Below are positions 18,641-29,101 of a DNA stretch of 47,628 bases, one piece after another; within the stretch, counting starts at the first letter, position 1, and every line of letters starts with the position of its first letter. The translations under genes and the position numbers were made by a program. The notes beneath the pieces were generated by a model, which did not search any database, had not been told where the DNA came from, and saw only the letters and a program-made list of their open reading frames with translations. The stretch spans positions 1 through 47,628 of the forward strand of contig QHTZ01000085.1 of assembly GCA_003221005.1 (NCBI GenBank). Reading direction: 5' to 3'. Source of the DNA: Gemmatimonadota bacterium (GTDB lineage Bacteria > Gemmatimonadota > Gemmatimonadetes > Gemmatimonadales > GWC2-71-9).

Positions 18641-19815
18641 TCCAGCACGTCCAGCACCCGCTCAATCTCCTCGACCGTGTTGTAGCAGTGTGGCGCCAGG
18701 CGGATCGCGCCCTCGCGCAGGGAGCAAATGATGTGGGCGCGTTTGATCGCATGGAACGCCTCGACGGCGCGCTCGGGGGCGATGCACACGATGGCCGAGC
18801 GGTGCGCCTCTTCGCGCGCCGAGACGACCCGCACGCCGTTCGAGTCCGCCCACTGCCACACCGCCTCGTGCAGCGCGCGCGTGTGCTCGCTGATGTCGCG
18901 CACGCCGAGCTCGCACAGCATCCCCACGGACGCGGTCATGCCGTAGAAGTCCTGGTAAGGGAGCGTCACCATTTCGAAGCGGCGGGCATCGGAGCGGAAG
19001 GTGGGGTTGTACTCGGTGAGGCGGGAGAAGTCGTCGGTGCCCTCGAACGCCATCCATCCCGCCGCGGCGGGCTCCAGCACCCGCACGAGCTCCCGCCGCA
19101 CGTACATGAATCCCGAGCCCCAGGGCGAGAGCAGCCACTTCTGCCCGCCGCACGCGAGGATGTCCACCGGTGTCTCGCGCACGTCGAGCACGGAATTCCC
19201 CACGCCTTGGATGCCGTCCACCACGAGGAAGGTGCCGTTGGCGCGGCACGCGGCGCCGAGGCGCGCGAGGTCGGCGCGGTAGCCGTTGGAGAACTGGACG
19301 AACGAGACCGCTAGCACGCGGACGCGCGGGTCCTCGAGGCGCTCGATCAGGTAGTCCTCGTCAGGCCAGCCTTCCGCCGCGCAGGGGGCGAGCTCCACGT
19401 CGATCCCCTGCTTCTTGAGGAGCAGCCACGGATACACGTTGGCCGGAAACTCGCGGTCCGAGACGAGCACCACGTCGCCGCGCTGGAGCGGCAGCGCCCG
19501 CGCCGCCACGTTGAGCCCGAAGCTCGTATTGGTGGTGAGGGCGATCTCGCCGGTCTCGGCGTTGATGAGGCGCGCGACCGCCTCGCGCGCTGCCTGTAAT
19601 CCGCCCAGCAATTCGCGGTCCGGGAGCAGGTGGGGGGCCGTGCGCTTCGCGGTGAATTCGTCCAGGGCGCGACGCGTCCGCTCCGGGATCGGCCCGATGG
19701 AGGCGTTGTTCAGGTAGACCGTGTCCGCGGTCCAGGGGAACTCCGTGGCGCGGAGGGCGCGGAAGCTGTCGCGCAGGGCGCGGAGTCGTGTCGGGTGGTA
19801 GGCGATATCGGTCAC
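18628..19815 (-). CDS. Class V PLP-dependent aminotransferase (cysteine desulfurase/selenocysteine lyase-like)
   Basis: YLNNASIGP, EFPANVYPW, VDGIQG, GGQKWLLSP (PLP lysine). Confidence 0.88.
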   Translation of the reverse strand: MTDIAYHPTRLRALRDSFRALRATEFPWTADTVYLNNASIGPIPERTRRALDEFTAKRTAPHLLPDRELLGGLQAAREAVARLINAETGEIALTTNTSFGLNVAARALPLQRGDVVLVSDREFPANVYPWLLLKKQGIDVELAPCAAEGWPDEDYLIERLEDPRVRVLAVSFVQFSNGYRADLARLGAACRANGTFLVVDGIQGVGNSVLDVRETPVDILACGGQKWLLSPWGSGFMYVRRELVRVLEPAAAGWMAFEGTDDFSRLTEYNPTFRSDARRFEMVTLPYQDFYGMTASVGMLCELGVRDISEHTRALHEAVWQWADSNGVRVVSAREEAHRSAIVCIAPERAVEAFHAIKRAHIICSLREGAIRLAPHCYNTVEEIERVLDVLDQVE

Positions 19816-19886
19816 GAGTGGCGCAGGTCAGGGGGCCACGACTACGTTACTCGGAGGCTCACCCTGCGGGCAAGCGGCACAACCAC

Positions 19887-20972
19887 GTGAACACGGATAC
19901 ACGCTTCAGTCTGGTGCTCGGCGGAGGCGGCATGAAGGGCCTCGCGCATATCGGCGTGCTGCAGGCCTTCACCGAGCGCGGGCTCGTGCCCGCGTGTATC
20001 ATCGGGTCGAGTGTGGGCGCGCTCGTGGGCGCGGCGTGGTCGGCGGGGCACAGCCCGGAGGCCTTGCACGAGATCGCCGTCAACCTGCGCCGCCGGGACA
20101 TCTTCGTCGTGGCGCACGCCGACATGGCGTTCAAGCGGATGCGCTCCCCCGCCCTATTCCGCCGCGAGCCGCTCGACGAGCTGCTCGACCGGCTGGTGGG
20201 CGACCTCACCTTCGAGCAGCTCCAGCGCCCGCTGATCGTCAACACGGTCGACATCAACTCCGGTATGCAGGTGTTCTGGGGGGCTGAGGGCCTGGAGGAC
20301 GTCCGCGTCGCCGATGCCGTGTTCGCCTCGTGCGCGATGCCGGGGTATCTGCCGCCGCGGGAGATCCGCGGCCGCTACTACGTGGACGGCGCTACCGTGG
20401 ACAACCTCCCGGCGGCCACCGCACGGAACCTCGGGGTCGACCTCGTCGTGACAGTGGACGTGTCGGCGTCGAGCGCCTTCCGGGAGGACACCCAGGAGGA
20501 AGGGTTCGCAGCGGTGTTCTCCCGCGCCACCGAGATCGCCATGCAGAGCGCGCTCGAGCTGCGCATGGAGCGCTGGACCACGCCGCCGATCTACTTCATG
20601 CATCCGCGGGTGGAGCACATTTCCGCGTTCTCGTTCGACCACCTGCGCGAGCTCGTGGAGGAGGGGTACCGCGAGGCCGCAGCGGCGCTCGATCACCCCG
20701 CAGACTGGCCCCAGCGCGGCGACGAGGGCGTCTACCCGAAGCGGCGCGTGACTGTCCGCGTGCAGCGCGAGCGGTGCATCGGCTGCGGCGCCTGCCTGGT
20801 GCACGCGCCCCCGGGGATGTTCGTGCTCGACGCGCAGGGGAAGGCGGTCGTGACGACGCCCGACCAGGTGTGGTCGCCCACCGACGGCGGCTTCATCCGC
20901 CACTGCCCGACGTACGCCATCAGCGCCCGGCCGGCCCCGCTCACCCAGGCCGCGGGCGCGGCGGGAAGCTAG
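19887..20972 (+). CDS. Patatin-like phospholipase with C-terminal single-cluster ferredoxin domain
   Basis: GGGGMKG, GSSVG, DGA catalytic motifs; C-terminal CIGCGAC...CPTYAI. Start codon is tentative. Confidence 0.85.
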   Translation: MNTDTRFSLVLGGGGMKGLAHIGVLQAFTERGLVPACIIGSSVGALVGAAWSAGHSPEALHEIAVNLRRRDIFVVAHADMAFKRMRSPALFRREPLDELLDRLVGDLTFEQLQRPLIVNTVDINSGMQVFWGAEGLEDVRVADAVFASCAMPGYLPPREIRGRYYVDGATVDNLPAATARNLGVDLVVTVDVSASSAFREDTQEEGFAAVFSRATEIAMQSALELRMERWTTPPIYFMHPRVEHISAFSFDHLRELVEEGYREAAAALDHPADWPQRGDEGVYPKRRVTVRVQRERCIGCGACLVHAPPGMFVLDAQGKAVVTTPDQVWSPTDGGFIRHCPTYAISARPAPLTQAAGAAGS

Positions 20973-22144
20973 GCGAGCTCCGCTTCGATTGCCCGCAGGT
21001 CGCGGACGACGCGATCCCAGTTGTAGTGCCGCTCGACCGCGTCCCGCCCGGCGGCGCCGATGCGCCGGGCGAGCGCGGGATCGCCCAGCAGGCGGCACAC
21101 GGCTTCCGACACCGCCGCCGAGTCCTCGGGCGGCACGAGAAATCCCGTCTCCCCGTCCCGCACCGCGTCCGGCACGCCCCCCGAGTTGCCCGCCACCACC
21201 GGTAGCCCGCACGCCGACGCTTCGACGAGCGAGATCCCGAAGCCCTCCACGCCGATGCGCTCGGCGCGGCGCGAGGCGCCTACATACACCGACGCCACGT
21301 TGTACAGCGCCGGGAGATCGGCCTCGCGCACTTCCCCGAGGAACTTCACGCGATCGGCGACGCCCGCGCGGTCGGCGAGCCGCTCCAGCCGCTCTCGTTC
21401 CGGGCCGCTCCCCGCCACCGCGTAGCGCACGTCGGGCGCCCGCGCGACGATGGCAGGGAGCGCCGCGATCACCGTATCGACCCCCTTGTGCGACTCGAGC
21501 CGCGCCACGGTGAGCAGCCAGCGCCCACCGCCGTCCGGGAAGGCGAAGCGCTCGCGCAACGCGGTCGCGTCGATGCCGGGCCGGAAGCGGTCCGGGTCGG
21601 TGCCGAGATGCACGATGCGCAGCCGCTGGCCGTGTCCATCGAGACCGAGCCCGCCCAGGACGGTGAGCGCCAAGTCGCGGGTCCAGGTGCTGATCGCGAC
21701 AAGGGCGGCCGCACCGCCCAGGATGGCGCGGCCCGACCGCCGCTTGAATGCCGAGTGGTGATACTTGTGCTGCTCGCTCAAGAGGTCGGCCCCATAGAGG
21801 AAGAGGCAATAGGGGACGCGTGTGCGCTCATACACCCAGCGCGCGGGGTAGCCCGCGGGCTTCACGTTGCCGCAGTACACGAAGCGCGCGCGGTGCTGGC
21901 GGACGAGGGTCGTGGCGCGCCGCGACCAGAGGAGCAACCCCGGGAGCGTCTTGGTGGTGCGGCGCCCGACCGGCAGGCGGTCGACGGCGCCGTTGAACTG
22001 AGCGTCCACCTCGGCAGCGTCGCGATCCTGCGGCGTGGAGACGATCAGCTCTCCCCGCGGGTAGCGGCGCGTCAGCTCGCCGTGCAGGCGTGCGATGCCG
22101 CCGCCCATCGGCGGAAAATCGTGGACCAGCAGCAGCGCCGTCAT
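20969..22144 (-). CDS. GT4 glycosyltransferase (PimB-like)
   Basis: DFPPMGGGIA, VARL..HKG, EGFGISLVEA, GNSGGVPDAV. Confidence 0.9.
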   Translation of the reverse strand: MTALLLVHDFPPMGGGIARLHGELTRRYPRGELIVSTPQDRDAAEVDAQFNGAVDRLPVGRRTTKTLPGLLLWSRRATTLVRQHRARFVYCGNVKPAGYPARWVYERTRVPYCLFLYGADLLSEQHKYHHSAFKRRSGRAILGGAAALVAISTWTRDLALTVLGGLGLDGHGQRLRIVHLGTDPDRFRPGIDATALRERFAFPDGGGRWLLTVARLESHKGVDTVIAALPAIVARAPDVRYAVAGSGPERERLERLADRAGVADRVKFLGEVREADLPALYNVASVYVGASRRAERIGVEGFGISLVEASACGLPVVAGNSGGVPDAVRDGETGFLVPPEDSAAVSEAVCRLLGDPALARRIGAAGRDAVERHYNWDRVVRDLRAIEAELA

Positions 22145-22225
22145 CGGACGCCCCTCGGGAACGGGGGGCCGGGGGCGGGGGCGGAGGCGAGGGCTCGCAA
22201 CACTCTAACGGTACAGGGCACGCTG

Positions 22226-22231
22226 TATAAT
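22226..22231 (+). promoter_or_regulatory. Consensus -10 (TATAAT) in divergent intergenic region
   Basis: Perfect TATAAT about 70 nt upstream of the GT2 start. Confidence 0.5.
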
Positions 22232-22302
22232 CAGGGGACACCGCGACACCTTTGGCAAGGCGTCCGCCCCTTGAACCGCCCGCTCCGCGCATCGAGGCCG
22301 TC

Positions 22303-23064
22303 ATGTCCGACAAGCTGCCCCTCACGGTGGTGATCGCGACCCTGAACGAAGCCTGGCAAATCGCCGACGCGCTGGACGCGCTCCGCTGGGCGGACGAAGT
22401 GATCGTCGCGGACGGCGGCTCGACGGACGACACGGTGGCCATCGCCCGGAAGCGCGGGGTCACCGTCATCGAAATGCCGGGCGGGTCGCTCGCCGGTCAG
22501 CGGAATGCCGCGATCGCGGCCGCGCGGAACGAATGGATCCTCGCGCTCGACGCCGACGAGCGGGTCACCGAGGCGCTGCGGCGCGAGCTCGCGCAGGTGC
22601 TCGCGGCGCCCGCTCACCCGGCATACCGCATCCGCTTCGAGAACGTGTACCTGGGACGAGAGCGGCGACGCGGCCGCTGGGGCCGCGACTGGCACGTGCG
22701 CTTGTTCACGCGGAGGCGACGTTTCCTGGAAGCCCGGGTGCACCCGCCCCTCGAGCCCATCCCCGGGTCGGGCACCCTGTCGGCTCCCATCCGGCACGTC
22801 CCCTATCGCGACCTGAGCCATCACCTCGAGAAGATCAGCGCATACGCACGGTTGGGAGCGCAGGATCTGCACGCGCGCGGTCGCCGCGCGAGCCTGTGGG
22901 ACCTCGTCGCGCGACCGTGCTGGCGCTTTCTGCGCGACTACGTGCTGTTGGGGAGCTTCCTCGACGGTCGCTTCGGATTCGTCACGTCGGTGCTCACGGC
23001 GTATTCGGCGTTCCTCAAGTACGTCTATCTCTGGGACCTGAGCGAGCGCCCGGCTGCTGGATGA
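22303..23064 (+). CDS. GT2 glycosyltransferase (WaaE/KdtX-like LPS core)
   Basis: TLNEA, DGGSTDDT, QRN, WILALDADERV, FLDG..G. Confidence 0.9.
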   Translation: MSDKLPLTVVIATLNEAWQIADALDALRWADEVIVADGGSTDDTVAIARKRGVTVIEMPGGSLAGQRNAAIAAARNEWILALDADERVTEALRRELAQVLAAPAHPAYRIRFENVYLGRERRRGRWGRDWHVRLFTRRRRFLEARVHPPLEPIPGSGTLSAPIRHVPYRDLSHHLEKISAYARLGAQDLHARGRRASLWDLVARPCWRFLRDYVLLGSFLDGRFGFVTSVLTAYSAFLKYVYLWDLSERPAAG

Positions 23065-23071
23065 CGCCGGC

Positions 23072-23788
23072 ATGAGACTGCCGATCCTGATGTATCATGC
23101 GGTCGATCGCGGGCCTCAGGGGGCCCGCTCTCCCCGCCTCTACGTCCCGCCGGAGCAGTTCGAGGCGCAGCTGGCGACGCTGCAGCAGCTCGGATACGAG
23201 ACGATCTCCTTCGGTGATTGGCTCGCCTTCCGGCGCGGCAGGGCGACCCTGCCCCGCCGGCCGATCATTCTCACGTTCGACGACGGCTACCGGTCCATCG
23301 GTGAGATCGCGTGGCCGATCCTCCGGCGTTTTGGATTCGGCGCCACCGTCTTTCTCGTCTCGGATCTGATCGGCAAGACGAACGCCTGGGACCCACCCGC
23401 CCCCCCCGAACCGCTCCTCGGTGCGGCCGAGATTGCGGAGATGCAAGCCGCGGGGATCTGCTTCGAATCGCACACGCGGACGCATGCAGCGCTCACGATG
23501 ATTCCACCTGAGCGGGCGCTCGAAGAGCTCACGACATCCCGAGCAGTCTTGTCGCAGCTGCTCAACGCGCCCGTCACCGTTCTCTGCTATCCGTACGGGA
23601 AGCAAAACCTCATGGTGCGGGCGCTGGCGCGGGAGGCGGGGTACGAAGCGGCGGTCATCGCCCGGCGCCGCATGAACACGGCTCGGACGGATCCCTTCCG
23701 CCTCACGCGCATATGGATTGACAACCGCATGACGCTCGCCCGGCTGCGCTGGACGCTGTTCCGGCTCCGCTGGCTGCACTTCGCGTAG
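23072..23788 (+). CDS. Polysaccharide deacetylase (CE4)
   Basis: ILMYH, LTFDDGY, SHTRTH, CYPYG. Confidence 0.92.
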   Translation: MRLPILMYHAVDRGPQGARSPRLYVPPEQFEAQLATLQQLGYETISFGDWLAFRRGRATLPRRPIILTFDDGYRSIGEIAWPILRRFGFGATVFLVSDLIGKTNAWDPPAPPEPLLGAAEIAEMQAAGICFESHTRTHAALTMIPPERALEELTTSRAVLSQLLNAPVTVLCYPYGKQNLMVRALAREAGYEAAVIARRRMNTARTDPFRLTRIWIDNRMTLARLRWTLFRLRWLHFA

Positions 23789-23799
23789 CGAGGACCGCC

Positions 23800-24762
23800 G
23801 TGCACGTCGTCGTGGCGTCCAACCAGCTGCTGCCGGCCACGGGGTACGGCGGACCCCAGCGCGTCGTGGTGGCGCTGGTGCGCGGGCTCGCCGCGCACGG
23901 CCACCGGGTGACGCTGCTCGCCCCCATGGGTTCACGGGTGCCGGAGGCGAAGATCGTCGCAGTCAGCCCCCGCGAGCTCGACGACCCGCGGACCCTGAGC
24001 TCGCACGTTCCCCGCGACGCCGACATCCTGCACGCGCACTTCACGATCAAGGGCGGCCTCCAGGCGGCCCCGTTCGTCCAGACGATCCACCGCAACCTGA
24101 AGCCCGGGTCCCCCCTCTACCCCAACACCATCTTCCTCTCGCAGGACCACGCGCGCCGTCACGGCAGCGAGGTGTTCGTCTACAACGGGCTCGACCCGAC
24201 CGAATACTTTGGCCGCCGGTTCGCCAAGCGACCGGAGCAGTACGACCTGTTCCTGGGCAAGCTGCACCGGGCGAAGGGCTACCACTGGGCGATCGAGGCG
24301 GCGAAGCGCACGGGCCACCGCTTGATCGTGGCCGGCGGCTGGCGGCCGAGCTTCACGGGATCGATCAAGTACGTCGGCGAAGTCGACGGCGCGGCCAAGG
24401 CGGCGCTGCTCGCGCGCGCGCGCTGTCTCTGGAATCCGGCCGAATGGGACGAGCCGTTCGGTCTCGTGACGATCGAAGCGTTGTTCTCGGGCACGCCGGT
24501 GCTCGGCACCCGGCGCGGCGCGCTGCCGGAGCTGATCACTCCCGACGTCGGCGCGCTGTGCGACACCATGGAGGAGATGATCACTGCCGCGGAGACGGTG
24601 CACACGCGGAGCCCCGCGAGCTGCCGCGCGCTCGCCGAGCGCCATTTCACCCACGTCGCGATGGCGGAGGAGTATCTGCGGATGTACCGCGCGTTGCTCG
24701 ACACCGGCAAGCTCCCCGCCGGTCGGGCCACGCCGCACGCCGCTAGCGCAGTGCCACGCTAA
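23800..24762 (+). CDS. GT4 glycosyltransferase
   Basis: GYGGPQRVV, YNGLD, KG, WDEPFGLVTIEAL.GTPV. Confidence 0.88.
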   Translation: MHVVVASNQLLPATGYGGPQRVVVALVRGLAAHGHRVTLLAPMGSRVPEAKIVAVSPRELDDPRTLSSHVPRDADILHAHFTIKGGLQAAPFVQTIHRNLKPGSPLYPNTIFLSQDHARRHGSEVFVYNGLDPTEYFGRRFAKRPEQYDLFLGKLHRAKGYHWAIEAAKRTGHRLIVAGGWRPSFTGSIKYVGEVDGAAKAALLARARCLWNPAEWDEPFGLVTIEALFSGTPVLGTRRGALPELITPDVGALCDTMEEMITAAETVHTRSPASCRALAERHFTHVAMAEEYLRMYRALLDTGKLPAGRATPHAASAVPR

Positions 24763-25693
24763 GCAGCTCCTCCATGCGATGTGCCCACGTGTGCTCCCGC
24801 AGCGCGCGCTCCCGCGCCGCGCCCGCGAGCGCACGCTGCAGCTCTCGGTCCGCGAGCAGTTCGCTAGCACGATCTCGCAGCTCCGGGACGCTGTGGTATA
24901 GCACGATCTCCCGTCCGGGAGTGAAGTGGCGTGCGATGTCCTGCTTGGCGTCCGCGAGCTGCGGCGTACCGACAGCGGCAAGCTCGAACACGCGCATGTT
25001 GGCGCCGGTACCGTAGCGCGCGGGATCGCCGCCGTCGCCGAACTGCTGGTGCACGTTCAAGCCCACGCTCCCACCCGCCAGCGCCCGGACGTAGTCGCCC
25101 CGGTACACCGGCCCGTTCGGCCACCCCGGCCCCCAGGTCACGAGGCCAAGGTCGGCCAGCTCGCGCAGCACGCGCTCTCGCACGGGATCGCGCGAGCCCA
25201 CGAAGACGAGCGGCGCGCGCCAGCGCCGGCCGGCATCGCGCGGGCGCAGGTACACGGGGTCGCAGCCGAACGCGAGGTAGTACGCTCGCGCACCCGCGCT
25301 GCGGTGGCGAGCGACGCTCGAGGTATCGTGCGTGAAGAAGCAGTCGTAGGCCGGCGCGAGCCGCTCCGAGACGGCGCGCTCGTGGGGATCGTCGGGGAAC
25401 CAGTTCACCCAGCGGGCGCGGGTGCGCCGGCGCAGCTCGGCCAGCGTCGCGGGATCGAGCCCCGCTCCCTTGAACACGAGCACGAGGTCGGCCGGCTGCC
25501 GGAAGCTGGCGGCCAGGCGCGCGGCGAGGGGACGGCGCAACAGCGCGTCCAGGCCGCGCGTCCGCTCCTCGCACGCGGACACTTCGCAGCCGTGGGACTC
25601 GAGCGCCGCCGCGAGCGCGAGCCCGCTCCGGTGGTAGCGGCGATTGAAGGCCGCGACGAGCACGACCCGCGCTCCTGCGAAGGGACCACTCAT
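24743..25693 (-). CDS. CgeB-like glycosyltransferase (Glyco_trans_1_2)
   Basis: WFPDDP, FVGS, NMRVFE, HTWAHR; ATG 25693 overlaps the methyltransferase stop. Confidence 0.85.
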   Translation of the reverse strand: MSGPFAGARVVLVAAFNRRYHRSGLALAAALESHGCEVSACEERTRGLDALLRRPLAARLAASFRQPADLVLVFKGAGLDPATLAELRRRTRARWVNWFPDDPHERAVSERLAPAYDCFFTHDTSSVARHRSAGARAYYLAFGCDPVYLRPRDAGRRWRAPLVFVGSRDPVRERVLRELADLGLVTWGPGWPNGPVYRGDYVRALAGGSVGLNVHQQFGDGGDPARYGTGANMRVFELAAVGTPQLADAKQDIARHFTPGREIVLYHSVPELRDRASELLADRELQRALAGAARERALREHTWAHRMEELLSVALR

Positions 25694-26427
25694 TCGCGCA
25701 CGGCCTTCACGATCATGGTTTCGCCGAACGCGACCGCGGGAGCGAGCATCTGCCGCTGGATCTCCACGTTGCGGCGGCGCTGCTCCGGTTCCCGCTCCCA
25801 CCGGCGCAGCGCGGCGGCCGTGGCCACGGCGGCGAGCGGCCACAGCAGGACATAGAGCCAGCTTACTGCTTTGACACGATTGGCACCGACCGCGGTGATG
25901 CGAAACCCGTGGCGGTGCAACAGGTACCGGAGGTCGGGGAACGAGAGGAGATGGACGTGATGCCACGGGCTCGGATCGCGCTCGTTGAGCGGCACCTTGC
26001 CCTTGTTGTGAAACCCGGTGAGCAGCCAGCGCCAGCGCGAGCGCAGCGCGCTGATGTTCGGCGTGGAGACGATCACCACCCCGCCCGGGCGGAGGATGCG
26101 GCGGCACTCGCGCACGAAGTCGAACGGCCGCTCGAGGTGCTCGATCCCATCGATGCACACGACGGCATCGAAGCTCCCGTCCCCAAACGGCAGCGGGGCA
26201 TTCATGTCGGCGGCGGTGAAGGGGGCCCCGGGGAGGGTCACGCGGTTCACGATGTCCGCGCCGTGGCCGTCGAGCCCCAGCTGGCGCAGCCGCCCGAGAA
26301 AGGCGCCTTCCCCACAGGGAATGTCGAGCACGTCGCGGACGCGCGGCTCCGCCGCGAGCAGCCGCGCGACGACGGCGTGCGTGTTCTTCGAGGTGAGCTC
26401 GCGCGGCCCCTCCGCGAGCTGGCTCAT
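25690..26427 (-). CDS. Class I SAM-dependent methyltransferase
   Basis: VLDIPCGEG, FDAVVC...IEHL, RILRPGG...STPN. Confidence 0.9.
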   Translation of the reverse strand: MSQLAEGPRELTSKNTHAVVARLLAAEPRVRDVLDIPCGEGAFLGRLRQLGLDGHGADIVNRVTLPGAPFTAADMNAPLPFGDGSFDAVVCIDGIEHLERPFDFVRECRRILRPGGVVIVSTPNISALRSRWRWLLTGFHNKGKVPLNERDPSPWHHVHLLSFPDLRYLLHRHGFRITAVGANRVKAVSWLYVLLWPLAAVATAAALRRWEREPEQRRRNVEIQRQMLAPAVAFGETMIVKAVRE

Positions 26428-27296
26428 ACCAGCACGTAGTTCCGGTACTCGAATGGCCGGACGCCCGTGAGCCGCTCCACCCAGTCGGACACGTAGTACC
26501 GGAGATCGCTGAGCCGCAGGCGGCGCGGTCCCACGCCGCTGCCGTCACCGCCCGCTTCGCGGCGCCGCGCGGCAATCCATTCCGTCGCGACGCGTGGGTG
26601 CGTCCCAACGAACCGGCGCAGCCCTGGCGTCCATTCCAGCTCCGGGGCGGCCCGCCGCTGCTCGATCGTTCCGATAAGCTCCCCGAAGAACTCCGCGAAC
26701 GCAGCATGCTTGCGCGCGAGCGACGCGGGGGGGCGGGCCCAGCCGTAGTGGAACATCACCGCACCCGTTGCCCGGGCGCGGATGCGGCGCCACGCGGGGC
26801 CCACGCGGAACCCCTGCGCATCGCCATACGAACGGATGTCACCGCCCAGCCGGACCACGCGCACCTCGCGCCGATACCAGTGCCGATTCGTGGCCACCGT
26901 GTCGAAGTCGCCGTAGAAGTGCCGGTACTCGACCAGCAACCCTTCGACGCGCGCGTCCCCGTCCCAGGCGCGGACTCGCTCGCGCAGGATCGCCGCACCC
27001 GTTTCGTGCAGCACCTCGTCAGCCTGGATGTAGACGCCCCACGTGCCGCGGCACGCCGCCATGGCACGGTTGGTTTCGATCGCGAGGGTCCCGCCCCCGC
27101 GGGACGGCTCCCAGGCGCCATCCAGGATTCGCACGCGCGGATCCCGCAGCCCCGCCACGAGCTCGCGCGTCCCGTCCTCCGACCGGCCCACGTTCACGAC
27201 CACTTCGTCGCAGAGGTCGAGCAGGGAGCGGATGGCGGGGACGAGGGGGTAGGCGAGGGTGACGGCGTTGCGCGCGATCGTGAAGCCCGACAGCAC
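26424..27296 (-). CDS. GT2-like glycosyltransferase
   Basis: SGFTIARNA..L.YP, SEDGT, YIQADEV, FHYGWARPP. Confidence 0.82.
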   Translation of the reverse strand: MLSGFTIARNAVTLAYPLVPAIRSLLDLCDEVVVNVGRSEDGTRELVAGLRDPRVRILDGAWEPSRGGGTLAIETNRAMAACRGTWGVYIQADEVLHETGAAILRERVRAWDGDARVEGLLVEYRHFYGDFDTVATNRHWYRREVRVVRLGGDIRSYGDAQGFRVGPAWRRIRARATGAVMFHYGWARPPASLARKHAAFAEFFGELIGTIEQRRAAPELEWTPGLRRFVGTHPRVATEWIAARRREAGGDGSGVGPRRLRLSDLRYYVSDWVERLTGVRPFEYRNYVLV

Positions 27297-27298
27297 GG

Positions 27299-29101
27299 CT
27301 ATACCCTGAACTGCAGGTCGTAGAACCGGCGATACAGGCCCCCCGCGGCAAACAGCGTGTCGTGCGTGCCGCGCTCGACGATGCGCCCGTCGGCGAGCAC
27401 GACAATCAGGTCGGCATGGCGCACCGTGGTGAGACGGTGCGCGATCACCAGCACGGTACGGCGCGCCATGAGCCGATCGATCGCCTCCTGCACCAGGCGC
27501 TCGGATTCCGTGTCGAGGGCGCTCGTCGCCTCGTCGAGGATGAGAATCGGCGGGTCGCGGAGCAACGCGCGCGCGATCGCGATGCGTTGGCGCTCTCCGC
27601 CGGACAGGCGCGTGCCCCGCTCCCCCAGCAGCGTGTCGTAGCCCTGCGGCAGTTGGGCGATGAAGGCGTGCGCGTTCGCGGCCCGCGCCGCGGCCTGGAC
27701 CTGCGCCAGGGTGAAGTCACTGCGCCCGTAGGCAATGTTCGCGAGCACGGTGTCATTGAGGAGGATCGTCTCCTGCGACACGATCCCCATCAGGCGTCGC
27801 AGGCTCGTGCGGGTGAACCGCGTGGCGGGAACGCCGTCCACGAGGATGACGCCGCTCGTCGGCTCGTAGAAGCGCGGCAGCAGGTCGACGAGCGTCGTTT
27901 TCCCGGCCCCCGACGGCCCCACGACCGCGACGATCTGGCCCCGCTGCACCGTCAGGTCGAGCTCCCGGAGCACCGGCGCCTGGCCGTCGTACGAGAACGA
28001 CACGCCGCGGTATTCGATCTCCCGTTCGAAGCGGGCGGGCAGCTCTCCCGGCCGGTCGCCCTCGCTCGGGGGAAGCTCGAGCACTTCGAAGACGCGATCC
28101 GCGGCCGCGAGCGCGCCCGCCATGATGGTCGGGTAGTTGGCCACGGCCTTCACGGGGGACATCAGCCGCAGTGCCACGACGACGAACGCGATCAGCACCT
28201 CGGGCCGCAGGGCGGCGGCCCGCCCCAGCGCGAGCTGCGTCCCGATCGAGATGATCACCACCACCACGACGCCGGCGAACACTTCGCTCACGGGACTGGT
28301 GAGCAGGGCGTAGCGCTGGGCGCGGAGCACGCCCTTGCGGTAGCGGTCAGCGAGCGTGCGGAAGCGAGCAGCCTCGAACGCTTCCGCGACGTACGCCCGC
28401 ACCAGCCTGATCGAGGCGACGAGCTCGCTGACGAGGGCTGTGAGCCCCCCGCGCACGTCCGCCAGGTCGCGCGAGCGCCGCCGGACTCGCCACACCAGCG
28501 GCCGGATGATCAGGGCGAGCAGCGGCGCGCTGATCAGCGCGATGAGCGTCAGCCGCCAGGAGAGGCCCAGGAGAATAGCGACGTACACGGCGATCACGCT
28601 CAGGTTCTGAAGCAGGGACGCGAGCGCTGCGGTGATCGCCGTCTTCACCTGGTCGGTGTCGTTGATGACCCGCGCGAGCACCTGCCCGCCCTGCGTGCGC
28701 TGGAAGAAGCCGAGCGGCAGCGTCTGGAGGTGCTCGAAGAGCTGGACGCGCAGGTCGCGGACCACGCCTTCCTGGATCGCCACGTTGCTCAGCATCGCCG
28801 CGTAGGCGAGCGCGTTCTTGAGCAGCAGCGTCGCGCTCAGCACGAGCACGACGTTTCGCAGGGCGGCCTGGGGCGAGGCCGCCGCGAGCATTGGCCCAGC
28901 GACAGCACCTAGGACCCATTCGACAGTCGAGCCGCCGACTTGCGGCATCGCCTGCTCGCCGAAGAGCGCTCGTAGGAACGGGATCAGCAACACGAACGTG
29001 GCTCCGTCGAACACGGAGGAGAGGACCGTGGCGACGAGGTTGGTGGCGAACAGGAAACGGTACGGACGAACCAGCCGCAGCAGGCGAGCGCCGCTGCTCA
29101 T
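27299..29101 (-). CDS. msbA: MsbA-like ABC exporter (lipid A flippase family)
   Basis: TM domain plus GPSGAGKT, LSGGERQR, ILDEATSALD, IAHRL; LPS gene context. Confidence 0.85.
   Translation of the reverse strand: MSSGARLLRLVRPYRFLFATNLVATVLSSVFDGATFVLLIPFLRALFGEQAMPQVGGSTVEWVLGAVAGPMLAAASPQAALRNVVLVLSATLLLKNALAYAAMLSNVAIQEGVVRDLRVQLFEHLQTLPLGFFQRTQGGQVLARVINDTDQVKTAITAALASLLQNLSVIAVYVAILLGLSWRLTLIALISAPLLALIIRPLVWRVRRRSRDLADVRGGLTALVSELVASIRLVRAYVAEAFEAARFRTLADRYRKGVLRAQRYALLTSPVSEVFAGVVVVVIISIGTQLALGRAAALRPEVLIAFVVVALRLMSPVKAVANYPTIMAGALAAADRVFEVLELPPSEGDRPGELPARFEREIEYRGVSFSYDGQAPVLRELDLTVQRGQIVAVVGPSGAGKTTLVDLLPRFYEPTSGVILVDGVPATRFTRTSLRRLMGIVSQETILLNDTVLANIAYGRSDFTLAQVQAAARAANAHAFIAQLPQGYDTLLGERGTRLSGGERQRIAIARALLRDPPILILDEATSALDTESERLVQEAIDRLMARRTVLVIAHRLTTVRHADLIVVLADGRIVERGTHDTLFAAGGLYRRFYDLQFRV

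Noticed and set aside
20969-29101. Glycosyltransferase cluster as a horizontally acquired island
   Set aside because: GC and codon style match the flanks; no mobility genes or boundary repeats.
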